A stretch of DNA of 62,086 bases, counting the filler. It is 8 parts of 8 records of this genome, joined end to end, with 100 filler letters (N's around TTAATTAATTAA, not from the genome) between each part and the next. Parts side by side here need not be neighbours in the genome. Positions count along the whole stretch, not along the records: positions 12,799 to 22,099 come from SRR31156797_53150; positions 22,200 to 30,169 come from SRR31156797_53179; 6 more parts are not named here. One strand, given 5' to 3'. The position numbers were made by a program, and so were the translations under genes. Shown piece after piece: positions 19,319 through 28,824 of the stretch; position 1 is the stretch's first letter, and each line of letters starts with the position of its first letter. The notes under the pieces were generated by a model that saw only the letters and a program-made list of their open reading frames with translations, made no database searches and was not told the origin of the DNA.

Positions 19319-21255
19319 CCCTGATGATCCAGGATTACAGTGTGGTATACCGGGATGGGGATCACAGCATCCAGGCCGTTGAGGAGACAACGCTTACGAT
19401 TAAAGGGGGGGAGTGCATTGCCCTGGTGGGGGAATCCGGCTCCGGCAAGACAACGCTGGGAAAGGCGTGCCTGGGGATGCTCCCTGAAAACGCTGAAACC
19501 GAGGGGCGGATCTTTTTAAATGATCGGAAAATTGATTTTGCAAATGAACAGGCCCTTAACCGGATGCGATGGCAGCATGTCTCAATGGTCTTTCAAAACG
19601 GTGCTGAGAGTCTCAATCCTGCCTACCGGATTATCGACCAGGTGGCCGAACCCGTCATGGTGAATGGTGGCGAAAATCGAAAAGCGGCCCTCAAACGGGC
19701 TTCCCGTGCTCTTTTTGATATGGGTCTGCCCGAAGCCTGCCATGTTCGGTATCCCCACCAACTGAGCGGCGGACAGGTCCAGCGGAGTCTTTTGGCCATG
19801 GCCATGATTCTGGATCCTCATATCCTGATCATGGATGAGCCCACCTCGGCCCTGGACGCCTTGACCAAAAGCTTTGTGGGCCAAATCATTAGAGATTACA
19901 AGAAACGGGGCAAAGGCATATTCCTGATTACCCACGATCTGGAATTTGCCGTGCGCCATGGGGATGAAATGGCCGTACTCTATCTGGGACAGGTGATGGA
20001 AACGTTGCCCGCAAAGGAAATGCTGTCGAATCCGCTTCACCCCTATACCCTGGCCCTGGGCCGGTCGTACCCCACCATGGGTACGGCCAGGGATCTGGGG
20101 GGCATTCGGGGCGATGCATTTTACCGCCTGGTGCATCAGCACGGCCGTCGGGACGAAGCCCAATATCACCATTCCCACATTCAAATCCCCGAATCCGCCC
20201 ATGCGGACGGACACGCGCCGCCAACCGGGTGCCTGTTTCAGGGGCGCTGTACCCAGGCCATCGGGCCTTGTGGAACGGGTACCATGATGCTGGAGGCGGT
20301 GGGGGATCATCAGGTCCGTTGCCTTCGCCACGGTATTGTCAACAAGATATCCATTAAAGGGGTGAGCAAGCGTTATGACGGCACTGTGGCCCTTAATCCC
20401 ACCGATCTGGTATTGAAGGCCGGAGAACTCCTCTCCCTGGTGGGTGAGACCGGATCGGGAAAGACCACCCTGGCCATGATTGCAGCGGGCGTCATTCAAC
20501 AGGACAATGGGTCCCGTACATTTGAAGACCGTGACATGGATAAATGGCTGAAAAAGGATGCCGGGTCCCTGTCAAAACGAATCGGCGTGGTCTATCAGAA
20601 TCCCGCCCAATCCATCAGCCACCGGTTTACCGTATATGATGCCGTGGCCGAACCCCTCAAGATACATGGCGTTGGAAAAGACAAAGACGAAAAACGGGAA
20701 ATGGTCAAATCCGTTCTGGCGGATGTGCACCTGTCCACGGATGAGGCGTTCTTAGGGCGCTATCCCCATGAGTTGAATATGGGGGCACTTCAGCGCATCT
20801 GCATTGCCCGGGCCCTGGTGCTTTCCCCGTCTCTTCTGATCGCCGATGAGCCCACCAGCGCACTGGACCCCAGTGTTCAGGCAAAAGTGCTGAAACTGCT
20901 TCTTGATCTACAGACCGATCGGGGCCTGACCATGCTGTTTGTGAGTCACGACATGGCCCTTGCCCGCAAGATCAGCGACCGTATGGGGATTATGCTGGCG
21001 GGCGCTCTGGTGGAGCTGGGCCGGGCCTCCCGAATCCTTTCCCGGCCCGCACACCCCTACACAAAAATGCTGCTGGAGAGTGCCGCCGGAGAGTGGCAGG
21101 AGAGCTGGAAAATCAAATCACAGAACGTGAAATCAGCGGGTTGTCCCTTTTTTTCCAGATGTTCAAACCGGCAGGATTTGTGTGAAAAGAGACCGCCTTC
21201 AATTCGTGAAATCGGACACGGACAGGTTTCCTGTCATTTCCCATTGATAAAATAG
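19315..21255 (+). CDS. Fused double ABC ATPase (DppD-DppF-like) with His-rich insertion
   Basis: Two Walker A motifs (GESGSGKT, GETGSGKT), two DEPTSALD, two Cys-rich C-terminal motifs; ATGA overlap with the permease stop. Confidence 0.9.
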   Translation: MTLMIQDYSVVYRDGDHSIQAVEETTLTIKGGECIALVGESGSGKTTLGKACLGMLPENAETEGRIFLNDRKIDFANEQALNRMRWQHVSMVFQNGAESLNPAYRIIDQVAEPVMVNGGENRKAALKRASRALFDMGLPEACHVRYPHQLSGGQVQRSLLAMAMILDPHILIMDEPTSALDALTKSFVGQIIRDYKKRGKGIFLITHDLEFAVRHGDEMAVLYLGQVMETLPAKEMLSNPLHPYTLALGRSYPTMGTARDLGGIRGDAFYRLVHQHGRRDEAQYHHSHIQIPESAHADGHAPPTGCLFQGRCTQAIGPCGTGTMMLEAVGDHQVRCLRHGIVNKISIKGVSKRYDGTVALNPTDLVLKAGELLSLVGETGSGKTTLAMIAAGVIQQDNGSRTFEDRDMDKWLKKDAGSLSKRIGVVYQNPAQSISHRFTVYDAVAEPLKIHGVGKDKDEKREMVKSVLADVHLSTDEAFLGRYPHELNMGALQRICIARALVLSPSLLIADEPTSALDPSVQAKVLKLLLDLQTDRGLTMLFVSHDMALARKISDRMGIMLAGALVELGRASRILSRPAHPYTKMLLESAAGEWQESWKIKSQNVKSAGCPFFSRCSNRQDLCEKRPPSIREIGHGQVSCHFPLIK

Positions 21256-21264
21256 TTGCACTCC

Positions 21265-21519
21265 CTACAGCTTTTCCATGACATATTCGGCGATCCGATT
21301 GATGGTCGTAAGACTTATGTAATCGTCTTCATCAATCCTGATGCCGTATTCATCCTGGAGGACCAGGGCCACCGTGGCCAGATCCATACTGTCGATGCCC
21401 ACCTCATCCACCAGATCAATTTCGGGGTCAAATGTTTCAGGGGTGACATCCTCAAGCTTAAGCTCGTCGATCATGATTTTCGCAATACGGACGGTGATGT
21501 CCTTCAAATCCTTTTTCAC
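21265..21519 (-). CDS. Acyl carrier protein
   Basis: 84 aa, acidic, GIDSMD phosphopantetheine site. Confidence 0.9.
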   Translation of the reverse strand: MKKDLKDITVRIAKIMIDELKLEDVTPETFDPEIDLVDEVGIDSMDLATVALVLQDEYGIRIDEDDYISLTTINRIAEYVMEKL

Positions 21520-21896
21520 GGTGTTTCCTCCTTCATATTTTCTGCGTCCGGATCCGTTACGAAAAGGACGCCATTACATGCCAGTTCATTTCCCACAAGA
21601 ATACGGAAGGCATAGGAACCTTCCTTCGATTTACTGGGTGTGGCAATAATTTTAAGTGCCTGGTTGGGCCGAATAATCCGTTTGAAACGAACTTTTCTAA
21701 ATCCCGTAACCGTCAAATTCCGTTTGCCGACCAGCCTGATCACATCAATGGCCATTTCCAGTTGTGCAATCCCCGGGAGTGTCGGGTCTTCGGGGAAATG
21801 GCCGTCAAACCAGGGGGAATCGGGTGGCACTAGAGCATTCAATATCATCTGCTCCGTATGAGAAATTGCCGGGCCTAATATGGAATACCATTTCAT
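21516..21896 (-). CDS. FabZ/FabA-like hot-dog dehydratase
   Basis: WFDGHFP..P.LPGIAQLE and VRF...IRP motifs; start at MKWY chosen after an AAGGAAGG RBS. Confidence 0.8.
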   Translation of the reverse strand: MKWYSILGPAISHTEQMILNALVPPDSPWFDGHFPEDPTLPGIAQLEMAIDVIRLVGKRNLTVTGFRKVRFKRIIRPNQALKIIATPSKSKEGSYAFRILVGNELACNGVLFVTDPDAENMKEETP

Positions 21897-21931
21897 TTCA
21901 CTGAAACCTTCCTTTAAGGTTCGTTTCCCTC

Positions 21932-22099
21932 TTATGGAATCAAATGCTCCCACAGCGGTCCCGAGTGTCCCCGTTCATACAACCGCGCTACAATCCCGGC
22001 TGTGGTATCTCCCCCGGAACCGACCACCCAGTTGGGGCGCTTTTTCGCATGTGTCTCAAGGCGCTCAAGGATGTCGTTTTGGGAGACCATTGGAGACGT
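21932..22099 (-). CDS. C-terminal 55 aa of a 5'-truncated gene, possibly a lipid-biosynthesis B12-binding radical SAM protein
   Basis: Open frame TSPMVSQNDILERLETHAKKRPNWVVGSGGDTTAGIVARLYERGHSGPLWEHLIP*; G.SGPLWE tail recalled from that family; fits the FabZ/ACP context. Confidence 0.45.
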   Translation of the reverse strand, partial: TSPMVSQNDILERLETHAKKRPNWVVGSGGDTTAGIVARLYERGHSGPLWEHLIP

Positions 22100-22199
22100 N
22101 NNNNNNNNNNNNNNNNNNNNNNNNNNNNNNNNNNNNNNNNNNNTTAATTAATTAANNNNNNNNNNNNNNNNNNNNNNNNNNNNNNNNNNNNNNNNNNNN

Positions 22200-22498
22200 C
22201 GGGCGGAGAGCAGCAGATGGTCGCCATCGGCCGGGGCCTGATGGCCATGCCCCATTTGCTCATGCTCGACGAACCCTCTTTGGGACTCGCGCCGATTTTG
22301 ATAAAGGATATTTTCGAAACCGTTCGCAAAATCGCCGATCAGGGAACCACCGTACTGATCGTGGAGCAGGATGTGAAACACTCCCTGAGCCTGAGTGATC
22401 GCGGTTATGTATTGGAACACGGACGTGTTGCCATGGAGGGAGATGCAAAGGATCTCATCGACGATCCCCACGTCAAAGAGGCTTATCTGGGCATGTAA
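22200..22498 (+). CDS. Branched-chain amino acid ABC ATPase (LivF-like), 5'-truncated
   Basis: GGEQQMVAIGR, LDEPSLGLAP, IVEQ, VKEAYLG. Confidence 0.9.
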
Positions 22499-22519
22499 CC
22501 ATTTCCTAGCGCACCAGCG

Positions 22520-22690
22520 ATACAAGTTGGTAAAAGAGATTGCCGGTGAAAATCAAGTCGAAGCACTCATTATGGATGACGGCACGAAGTTGTCCGCCTC
22601 CGGTGTCTTTATCGAACTGGGGCGAGGGCTGTGTGGCCGGCCTGAATGCGGCCGACTATGTAAAAAAGCGATTACGTTCAACAACAGGTA
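22520..22690 (+). pseudogene. Thioredoxin-reductase-like remnant with internal deletion
   Basis: VKEIAGENQVEALIMDDG...GVFIELG in one frame joined to GEGCVAGLNAADY in another; no start, central part missing. Confidence 0.6.
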
Positions 22691-22725
22691 GCGGGAATTG
22701 TTTTTGCGTGTCAGATCGGCCATCG

Positions 22726-23691
22726 TCATCCGCCTGTCTCTGCTTGCCGTAGGATGTAATCGACAAACCGCGGAACCGGATCGAACCCCACCACTTGCGT
22801 TGCGTTGGCGACAAAGTTGGACAGCGGATTGATATCATAAAAGTAAAGCTCGTCATCGGCACTGTTTACCAGGTATTCAACACCACCGATGTCAGCGCCG
22901 GCGGCGGCGACAGCCTGCCTCACTTTCTCGATCACGCCCGGATCCGGTTCGAATGCCGTAATGTTCAGTTCCTCCTGATCAGGCGTTTCCCCATGGGGTC
23001 CCCCCACCGGGCAAAAATCAAAGCGTTCGACGTTGCAGCCATCTGCCGGGCAATAGTTGAAATTCTCTTCCAGGATGGGCAGCCGGATGGCGTACAGGAA
23101 GGCATCGTCCAGAATTTCCACCCGATAGATGCAGCCGTCCTTGGGTTTAAGGTACTCCTGAATCAAGGCAACGGTGTCGATACCCAGATCGATCTCGCCG
23201 TCTTCGACCGACCGGGCCAGTTCCTCGCGGGTATTGAAAAGCGTGATGCCGGCACCGCTTCCGCCCACATTGGGCTTGATCAGCACCGGGAATTGCAGTT
23301 TGTCCGCAGCTTCGACGGCCTGCCCGGCGTGGTGGATCACGCGGCTTTTGGGGGACCGCATCCCCAGCTTGTGAAAAATGTGCATCTGCAGGGCCTTGGA
23401 GGTACCCACCTCATAGGACCACCTTCCATTGATGACCCGTGTACCAATGCTTTCAAGATAAGCCAGGTATTGTTTGACGTAGAGTACGACCCGGGGTTCG
23501 CTGGCCGTCGACGGATAGGCACTCACCCGGTTGACCACCAGAGCGTAGGGAGAAGAGTCCACACAAGGGTCGAACTGGTGACCGTTTACATGTTCCTTTT
23601 CATAGCCAACCCCCCTGTCGTCAAACTCGGCAAACAGGGGACGGAACCAATCCGGGTGTTCGTAAAATATTGAGATGGGTTTGTCCGGCAT
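22726..23691 (-). CDS. RimK/GshB-like ATP-grasp protein
   Basis: FPVLIKPNVGGSGAGI, LIQEY, GGVEY, YDIN..SNF; start chosen from AAAGGA RBS. Confidence 0.82.
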   Translation of the reverse strand: MPDKPISIFYEHPDWFRPLFAEFDDRGVGYEKEHVNGHQFDPCVDSSPYALVVNRVSAYPSTASEPRVVLYVKQYLAYLESIGTRVINGRWSYEVGTSKALQMHIFHKLGMRSPKSRVIHHAGQAVEAADKLQFPVLIKPNVGGSGAGITLFNTREELARSVEDGEIDLGIDTVALIQEYLKPKDGCIYRVEILDDAFLYAIRLPILEENFNYCPADGCNVERFDFCPVGGPHGETPDQEELNITAFEPDPGVIEKVRQAVAAAGADIGGVEYLVNSADDELYFYDINPLSNFVANATQVVGFDPVPRFVDYILRQAETGG

Positions 23692-23745
23692 GAGGGTCAT
23701 CCTTTGCAATCGATGTGGGTGTGATGAAGTACGTTTTCCTTAGGG

Positions 23746-24570
23746 TCAGGCAGCTGGCACCGGCAGATGCAATATCTGTCTGGCCTCATCCGGTGTGGCA
23801 ATTTCACGACCGAGAATCCCTGCCAGTTGAACCACCCGCTCCACGAGCTGGACGTTGGTGGCCAATTCGCCGCGTCGGTAGTATATGTTGTCCTCCAGCC
23901 CCACACGCACGTGACCGCCCATCAGGATGGCATGGGTGAGCATTGGCAACTGGGCTCTGCCGATGCCGGCAACCGTCCAGGTGGCATCGGCCGGAATGGT
24001 GTTGCGCAAATGGACCAGGTTCTCAACGGTGGCCGGAAGGGCCCCTTTGAGGCCCATGACGAAATCAAAATGCAGCGGTGCAGATACCAGCCCTTTGGCC
24101 AGCAGTGCGGTGGCATTGCTGACCATACTCACATCGAAAACCTCCATTTCCGGTTTGATGCTGTGCTGTTGCATATCCGCGGCCAGGGACTCGATCAAAT
24201 CGGGGCTGTTTGCATAGACCGAGTCGGGAAAGTTGACCGATCCGGTGGTCAGGCTGGCCATTTCCGGTTTCAGCTTCAATCTTTCGCTGCGTTGCTCATA
24301 GGCCATGCCGGCGCGACCACCGGTTGAGATTTGGGTAATGAGCCGGGTCCTGGATTGAATACCCCGACAGATCGATTCGAAAAGGGTAAAATCGGTGGCC
24401 GGCGATTCATCTTGGGGATTTCTGGCGTGCAGGTGAATCAGGGCAGCACCGGCGGCCTCGCAGGCAATGCCATCCCGGACGATCTCCTCAGGGGTGATGG
24501 GGACATGGGGCGTCACCCGTTTGGTGGGCAGTGATCCGGTGACGGCCACTGTAATGATAAGTTTGTCCAT
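23746..24570 (-). CDS. Beta-keto acid cleavage enzyme (BKACE/Kce, DUF849)
   Basis: IITVAVTG, VPITPEEI, IHLHAR, STGG, KPEME, HVRVGLED. Confidence 0.92.
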   Translation of the reverse strand: MDKLIITVAVTGSLPTKRVTPHVPITPEEIVRDGIACEAAGAALIHLHARNPQDESPATDFTLFESICRGIQSRTRLITQISTGGRAGMAYEQRSERLKLKPEMASLTTGSVNFPDSVYANSPDLIESLAADMQQHSIKPEMEVFDVSMVSNATALLAKGLVSAPLHFDFVMGLKGALPATVENLVHLRNTIPADATWTVAGIGRAQLPMLTHAILMGGHVRVGLEDNIYYRRGELATNVQLVERVVQLAGILGREIATPDEARQILHLPVPAA

Positions 24571-24720
24571 GCGAGACCTCTTTTCACGTATTGACCATTC
24601 GTAAGCGTTTACAGTTCAGCGTTTTTCAACATGTTGCTTATTTTACGCTGTGAATCAGTACGACGATTTTGTATAGGAGAGGCTACGGGTCTCTCTTCTA
24701 CCCGCTCTATTCTTGTCGGT

Positions 24721-26064
24721 TCAAAGGGTCAGCACGACCTCTATGGCTGCCCGAATTTTATCGGCAACAACCTCGAAATTCTTCCTGTCCATGATGAAGG
24801 GGGGCGCTACCATGATGGCGTCTCCATCGATTCCGGCAAGACCGGTTGACTTGTAAGTGATGATGCCGTTTTCAAAAAGCGTTTGCCAGATCCTCTCGGT
24901 GATTTGATGCTTTCGCGCAAAGGGTGTGTTGGTATCTCTATCCTGAACCAGTTCGATGCCCCACAAAAAACCGATGCCCCGTATATCCCCCACCCAGGCG
25001 ATATCACGGAGCCGGTGCTTGAGCGTGTTGCCCAAAACCTCTCCAAGTTCCGAGACCCTCTCCACCAGGCGCTCGCGCTCCAATAGTTGAACAAGCGCAA
25101 GACCGGCAGCCGCGGCAACGCCATGATGAGAAAAAGTGCCGCCATGTGTGAATCCGCCACCATTGGCACATACCGCATCAAAATGGACACCCTTGACCCC
25201 GACTGCGGAAAGCGGAACCGTGCCGCCGGCAAGGCCTTTGCCCAACGTGACCAGGTCCGGCACCACATCATCGTGCTGACAGGCAAACCAGCGTCCCGTG
25301 CGCCCCGTACCGCACATGACCTCGTCCAGGATCAGCAGGACATCATAGGCGTCGCAGATGTTGCGGATGGTCTCCAGATACCCGGCCGGCGGCGGATAGG
25401 CGGCCAGGGTACCACCGCTGACGGTTTCAGCCAGAAACGCGGACACCGTCTCTGGCCCCAGGTTCAACAGGGTCTCTTCCAGGGCCAGGGCGCAACGCAG
25501 CCGACAATCGGGAAAGGTGAGTCCATAGGAGCAGCGCAGACAATAAGGCGGTGGGATGTGAACCGCATCCGACAGCATGGGAGCATACGGTGTTCGAAAC
25601 GCGGTCCTGCCCATGGCCGAGAGTGCACCCAGGGTCAAGCCGTGGTAAGATTTCCAGCGGGAGATCAATCGGAACTTTTCCGGTCGCCGATTGGCCAGAT
25701 GAATCTGGCGGGCCAGTTTGATGGCCGCTTCCACCGCCTCGGCCCCGCCGGACAAAAAGTAGAACCGGTCGATACCCTCGGGTGCGTGTGCGGCCAGAGC
25801 CGTTGCCAGCGTTTCTGCCGCAGGTGTGGTAAACATGGTCGGATGAATGTAGTCATAGGAAAGGATCTGGTCGTAGACCGCTTGAGCAATTTCCTTTCTC
25901 CCGTGGCCGGCATTGACTACGATGGCGCCGCCACTGGCATCCAGGTACCGCTTGCCGTCCTGGTCCTCGATCCATACGCCGTCCGCTTTCACCGCCACCG
26001 GCAGGGATGGATCCAGTCGTCTGGGAAAGAGGTGTCCTTCACTCCGATTGCTTGCATCTACCAT
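24721..26064 (-). CDS. Class III PLP aminotransferase (omega/beta-amino acid type)
   Basis: YLDASGGA, SYHGLT, ILDEVMCG.GRTG, LGKGL, HGGTF; start MVDAS overlaps the upstream stop. Confidence 0.9.
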   Translation of the reverse strand: MVDASNRSEGHLFPRRLDPSLPVAVKADGVWIEDQDGKRYLDASGGAIVVNAGHGRKEIAQAVYDQILSYDYIHPTMFTTPAAETLATALAAHAPEGIDRFYFLSGGAEAVEAAIKLARQIHLANRRPEKFRLISRWKSYHGLTLGALSAMGRTAFRTPYAPMLSDAVHIPPPYCLRCSYGLTFPDCRLRCALALEETLLNLGPETVSAFLAETVSGGTLAAYPPPAGYLETIRNICDAYDVLLILDEVMCGTGRTGRWFACQHDDVVPDLVTLGKGLAGGTVPLSAVGVKGVHFDAVCANGGGFTHGGTFSHHGVAAAAGLALVQLLERERLVERVSELGEVLGNTLKHRLRDIAWVGDIRGIGFLWGIELVQDRDTNTPFARKHQITERIWQTLFENGIITYKSTGLAGIDGDAIMVAPPFIMDRKNFEVVADKIRAAIEVVLTL

Positions 26065-26594
26065 TCTTTTTTGTCCTTTCGCCCATTCTTGCTGCCATAG
26101 TGCCACAGAATCCACTCCAACAGACGCATTCGTTCCACATCGATATGAATCACACTGCCCGAGGCCAAACGCTCCACCGCTATGGCGGTTCCATCCACAG
26201 CCAGCCGGGTGGCATTGACGGCAGAGAGGAAGAAATCAAACCCCGGGACCGTTGCCAGCTCCTCGTCCACCACCAGCCATTGGCCCTCCCTCCGGGTTCT
26301 TGCCGTTTGGGTATTGGGAAGCCCGGTCCCCACCGAGGTCATGCGCGTCAGCTTGGCCTGAAGCACCGGCCCGGACCCGACAACGAAAACGCCTTCGACC
26401 CTGGTTTTTTCCACTGAGTGACGATACCGCAATACGACTTCACTCCCCGATGTCACGCGCACTGCCCCGAAAAGCCGGTTGTCCTCCCTGGGCAATCTCA
26501 CCGTCACTGCATCCACCCGAAAGAACAATGTCAGGCTCAGCAGCAATACCAGGCTGGCCACCGGAACCGCCAATCGCCTCTTTTCGCGGGACAA
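26058..26594 (-). CDS. DUF1850-like TAXI-TRAP accessory protein
   Basis: YRHSVEKT and S.GTGLP motifs; position next to TAXI-TRAP genes. Confidence 0.75.
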   Translation of the reverse strand: MSREKRRLAVPVASLVLLLSLTLFFRVDAVTVRLPREDNRLFGAVRVTSGSEVVLRYRHSVEKTRVEGVFVVGSGPVLQAKLTRMTSVGTGLPNTQTARTRREGQWLVVDEELATVPGFDFFLSAVNATRLAVDGTAIAVERLASGSVIHIDVERMRLLEWILWHYGSKNGRKDKKEW

Positions 26595-26603
26595 TCCGAT
26601 ATC

Positions 26604-28694
26604 CTATGCGCTTGCGGTGGCCAGGGCGCGATTGGCACGTGACCGCTGCCACAGGTAGATCAGGGCCACAGCGCAAATGGCCACGCCATTGACGAGGTGT
26701 TTGTTGATCAATACGCCACCGATGGACAGATGGTTCGGATTGACCAGTAAAAACGCCAACCCCAGAAAAAGCAGCCGCTCCCAAATCGGTGTTTTGACCT
26801 TCCAATGCCCCTGAATGAAGACAGACCAGCAGAACATCCCCAGAATGCACAACGGGATGAGGTAGAGGACCTCCATCACGGTGGTGTCGATCATTAGCAA
26901 TTTCGTATTGTAAATGAACATGAACGGCAGGGTGAAAGCAGCCAGATCCAATCGGAAACTCTTCCATCCCGTTTTGATGGGATCCGCACCGGCAATTCCG
27001 GCGGCCGCATAGGCGCAAAGGCCTACCGGCGGCGTGTCGTCTGCAACGATTCCATAGTAGAAAACAAACAGGTGAACGGCAACGACCGGCAACCCCAGGG
27101 CCAGGTCGGCACTAATGGTCATGATCGCCGGAGCCGTCATGGCTGCCATGATGATGTACGTGGCCGTAGTGGGCAGCCCCATGCCGAGTATGATCGAGGC
27201 AAATACGGAAAAAAAGAGGGTTAGAAACAGGTGGCCGCCAGCCGCCTCGGTAATCAACGTGGCCATTTTGAGGCCCAATCCGGTCAGGGTGACCACACCG
27301 ATGATGATGCCGCAGCAGGCACAGGCGGCGGCAATACCGGCCATGTTTCGGGCGCCGGTTTCAAGAGAGCCTAAAATCTCCGCCCGGCTTCTGTTAAAGG
27401 CGTACCCTCGGCTGTCTTGGAGGTAAGCGGCAAATGCCGGATCCTGAGTGCCACCGCCCTGCCTTACATAGCCGGGATAGAGTCGTCGATCACGGTAGAT
27501 ATTGTTGCCGATGGCCACTACGCAGGCGGCCAGGATGGACCAGGAGGCCGCCGTGGTCGGGGTCCACATGACCACCAGCAGCAGCCAGATCAGCAGAATC
27601 AGGGGAATGAGAAAATGCAGGCCCGACATCAGGGTTTTGATCATGGGCGGGCACTCCTCCGGAGTCAAGCCGCGGATGTTCTCCTTAACGGCCTCTAAAT
27701 GAACGATGGAGAAAATTGCCGTGTAGGAAAGGATCGCCGGGATAAAAGCGGCTTTGACGATTTCGATATAGGGCACGCCGATAATCTCGGCCATGATAAA
27801 CGCAGCGGCCCCCATTATGGGCGGCATGAGTTGGCCGTTGGTGGATGCGGCCACCTCGACAGCACCGGCCACATGATTTTTAAATCCGACCTTTTTCATC
27901 AGCGGGATTGTCATGGCGCCCGTGGTAACCGTGTTGGCAATGGACGAACCCGATATGGAACCCATGGCGCAGGAGGCCACCACGGCCGCTTTGGCCGGCC
28001 CCCCCCGGAACCTGCCCATCAGGGCAAAAGAGAGATTGATCAGGTACTCGCCGGCCCCGATCTTGTCCAGAAAGGCGCCGAATAGCACAAAGAGGTATAC
28101 AAAGGTGGCCGATACACGCAGCGGAACCCCCCACAGGCCCTCCCCGGTCATGAAGATATGGTCGATAATCCGTTTGACGCGAAATCCACGATGCCCCAGG
28201 TCGCCGGGGAGATAGGGGCCAAAGAAGGCATACAGCAAGAAGATGATCGTGATGATGGGCAGCATGGGCGATACGCTTCGGCGGGTGGCCTCCAGCACCA
28301 GTAGAATCAAAGCGCCGCCGATAATAAGATCATACAGGGCGGCATCGCCCACGGACGTGACCACATGGTCATAATTGAGGAACAGGTACAGTGCGCCTAC
28401 ACCGCCGAAGACGGCCAGTATGATGTCTGTTGTCGAGATGCGATCGCGCGGCGACTTTTTCGATCGTGGATTGCACAGGAAACAAAGGACCAGAGCAAAT
28501 GTCAGGTGGATGGAAAGCTGTTTGGAGCCGGGCAGTTCGCCGAAAAATCCTGTATAGACCTGAAACAGGGACATGCAGACGGCAATGCCAAAAACGATAT
28601 AGCCCGCCGAACCGCTAAGGACGCGCGCTCCCCCCTCCGATGCCTGGGCCATCTCCTTGCTGGCTTCAATGTCCGGGACTTCCTGTTTCACCAC
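26604..28694 (-). CDS. TRAP transporter fused permease (4TM/12TM)
   Basis: GGPAKAAV, SGSSIAN, GQLMPPIMGAAAF, GMGLPTT, TPPV; GTG 28694 after AAGGAGG. Confidence 0.92.
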   Translation of the reverse strand: MVKQEVPDIEASKEMAQASEGGARVLSGSAGYIVFGIAVCMSLFQVYTGFFGELPGSKQLSIHLTFALVLCFLCNPRSKKSPRDRISTTDIILAVFGGVGALYLFLNYDHVVTSVGDAALYDLIIGGALILLVLEATRRSVSPMLPIITIIFLLYAFFGPYLPGDLGHRGFRVKRIIDHIFMTGEGLWGVPLRVSATFVYLFVLFGAFLDKIGAGEYLINLSFALMGRFRGGPAKAAVVASCAMGSISGSSIANTVTTGAMTIPLMKKVGFKNHVAGAVEVAASTNGQLMPPIMGAAAFIMAEIIGVPYIEIVKAAFIPAILSYTAIFSIVHLEAVKENIRGLTPEECPPMIKTLMSGLHFLIPLILLIWLLLVVMWTPTTAASWSILAACVVAIGNNIYRDRRLYPGYVRQGGGTQDPAFAAYLQDSRGYAFNRSRAEILGSLETGARNMAGIAAACACCGIIIGVVTLTGLGLKMATLITEAAGGHLFLTLFFSVFASIILGMGLPTTATYIIMAAMTAPAIMTISADLALGLPVVAVHLFVFYYGIVADDTPPVGLCAYAAAGIAGADPIKTGWKSFRLDLAAFTLPFMFIYNTKLLMIDTTVMEVLYLIPLCILGMFCWSVFIQGHWKVKTPIWERLLFLGLAFLLVNPNHLSIGGVLINKHLVNGVAICAVALIYLWQRSRANRALATASA

Positions 28695-28824
28695 AACGAT
28701 ACCTCCTTGACTTCTCTCATCGTTCTGCAGACGAACGGCCCGCATACCCCAGTACCGTGAAATCCGCCGCGGGATGCTTGAAGCCACACCGCGGCGGTGA
28801 ACATTGACGAATTCGTAATTTAAA

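Noticed and set aside
24674-24705. Hairpin ending CTACCCG, resembling a group II intron domain VI end or a GTAG REP
   Set aside because: No recognisable domain V upstream; equally explained as an intergenic hairpin
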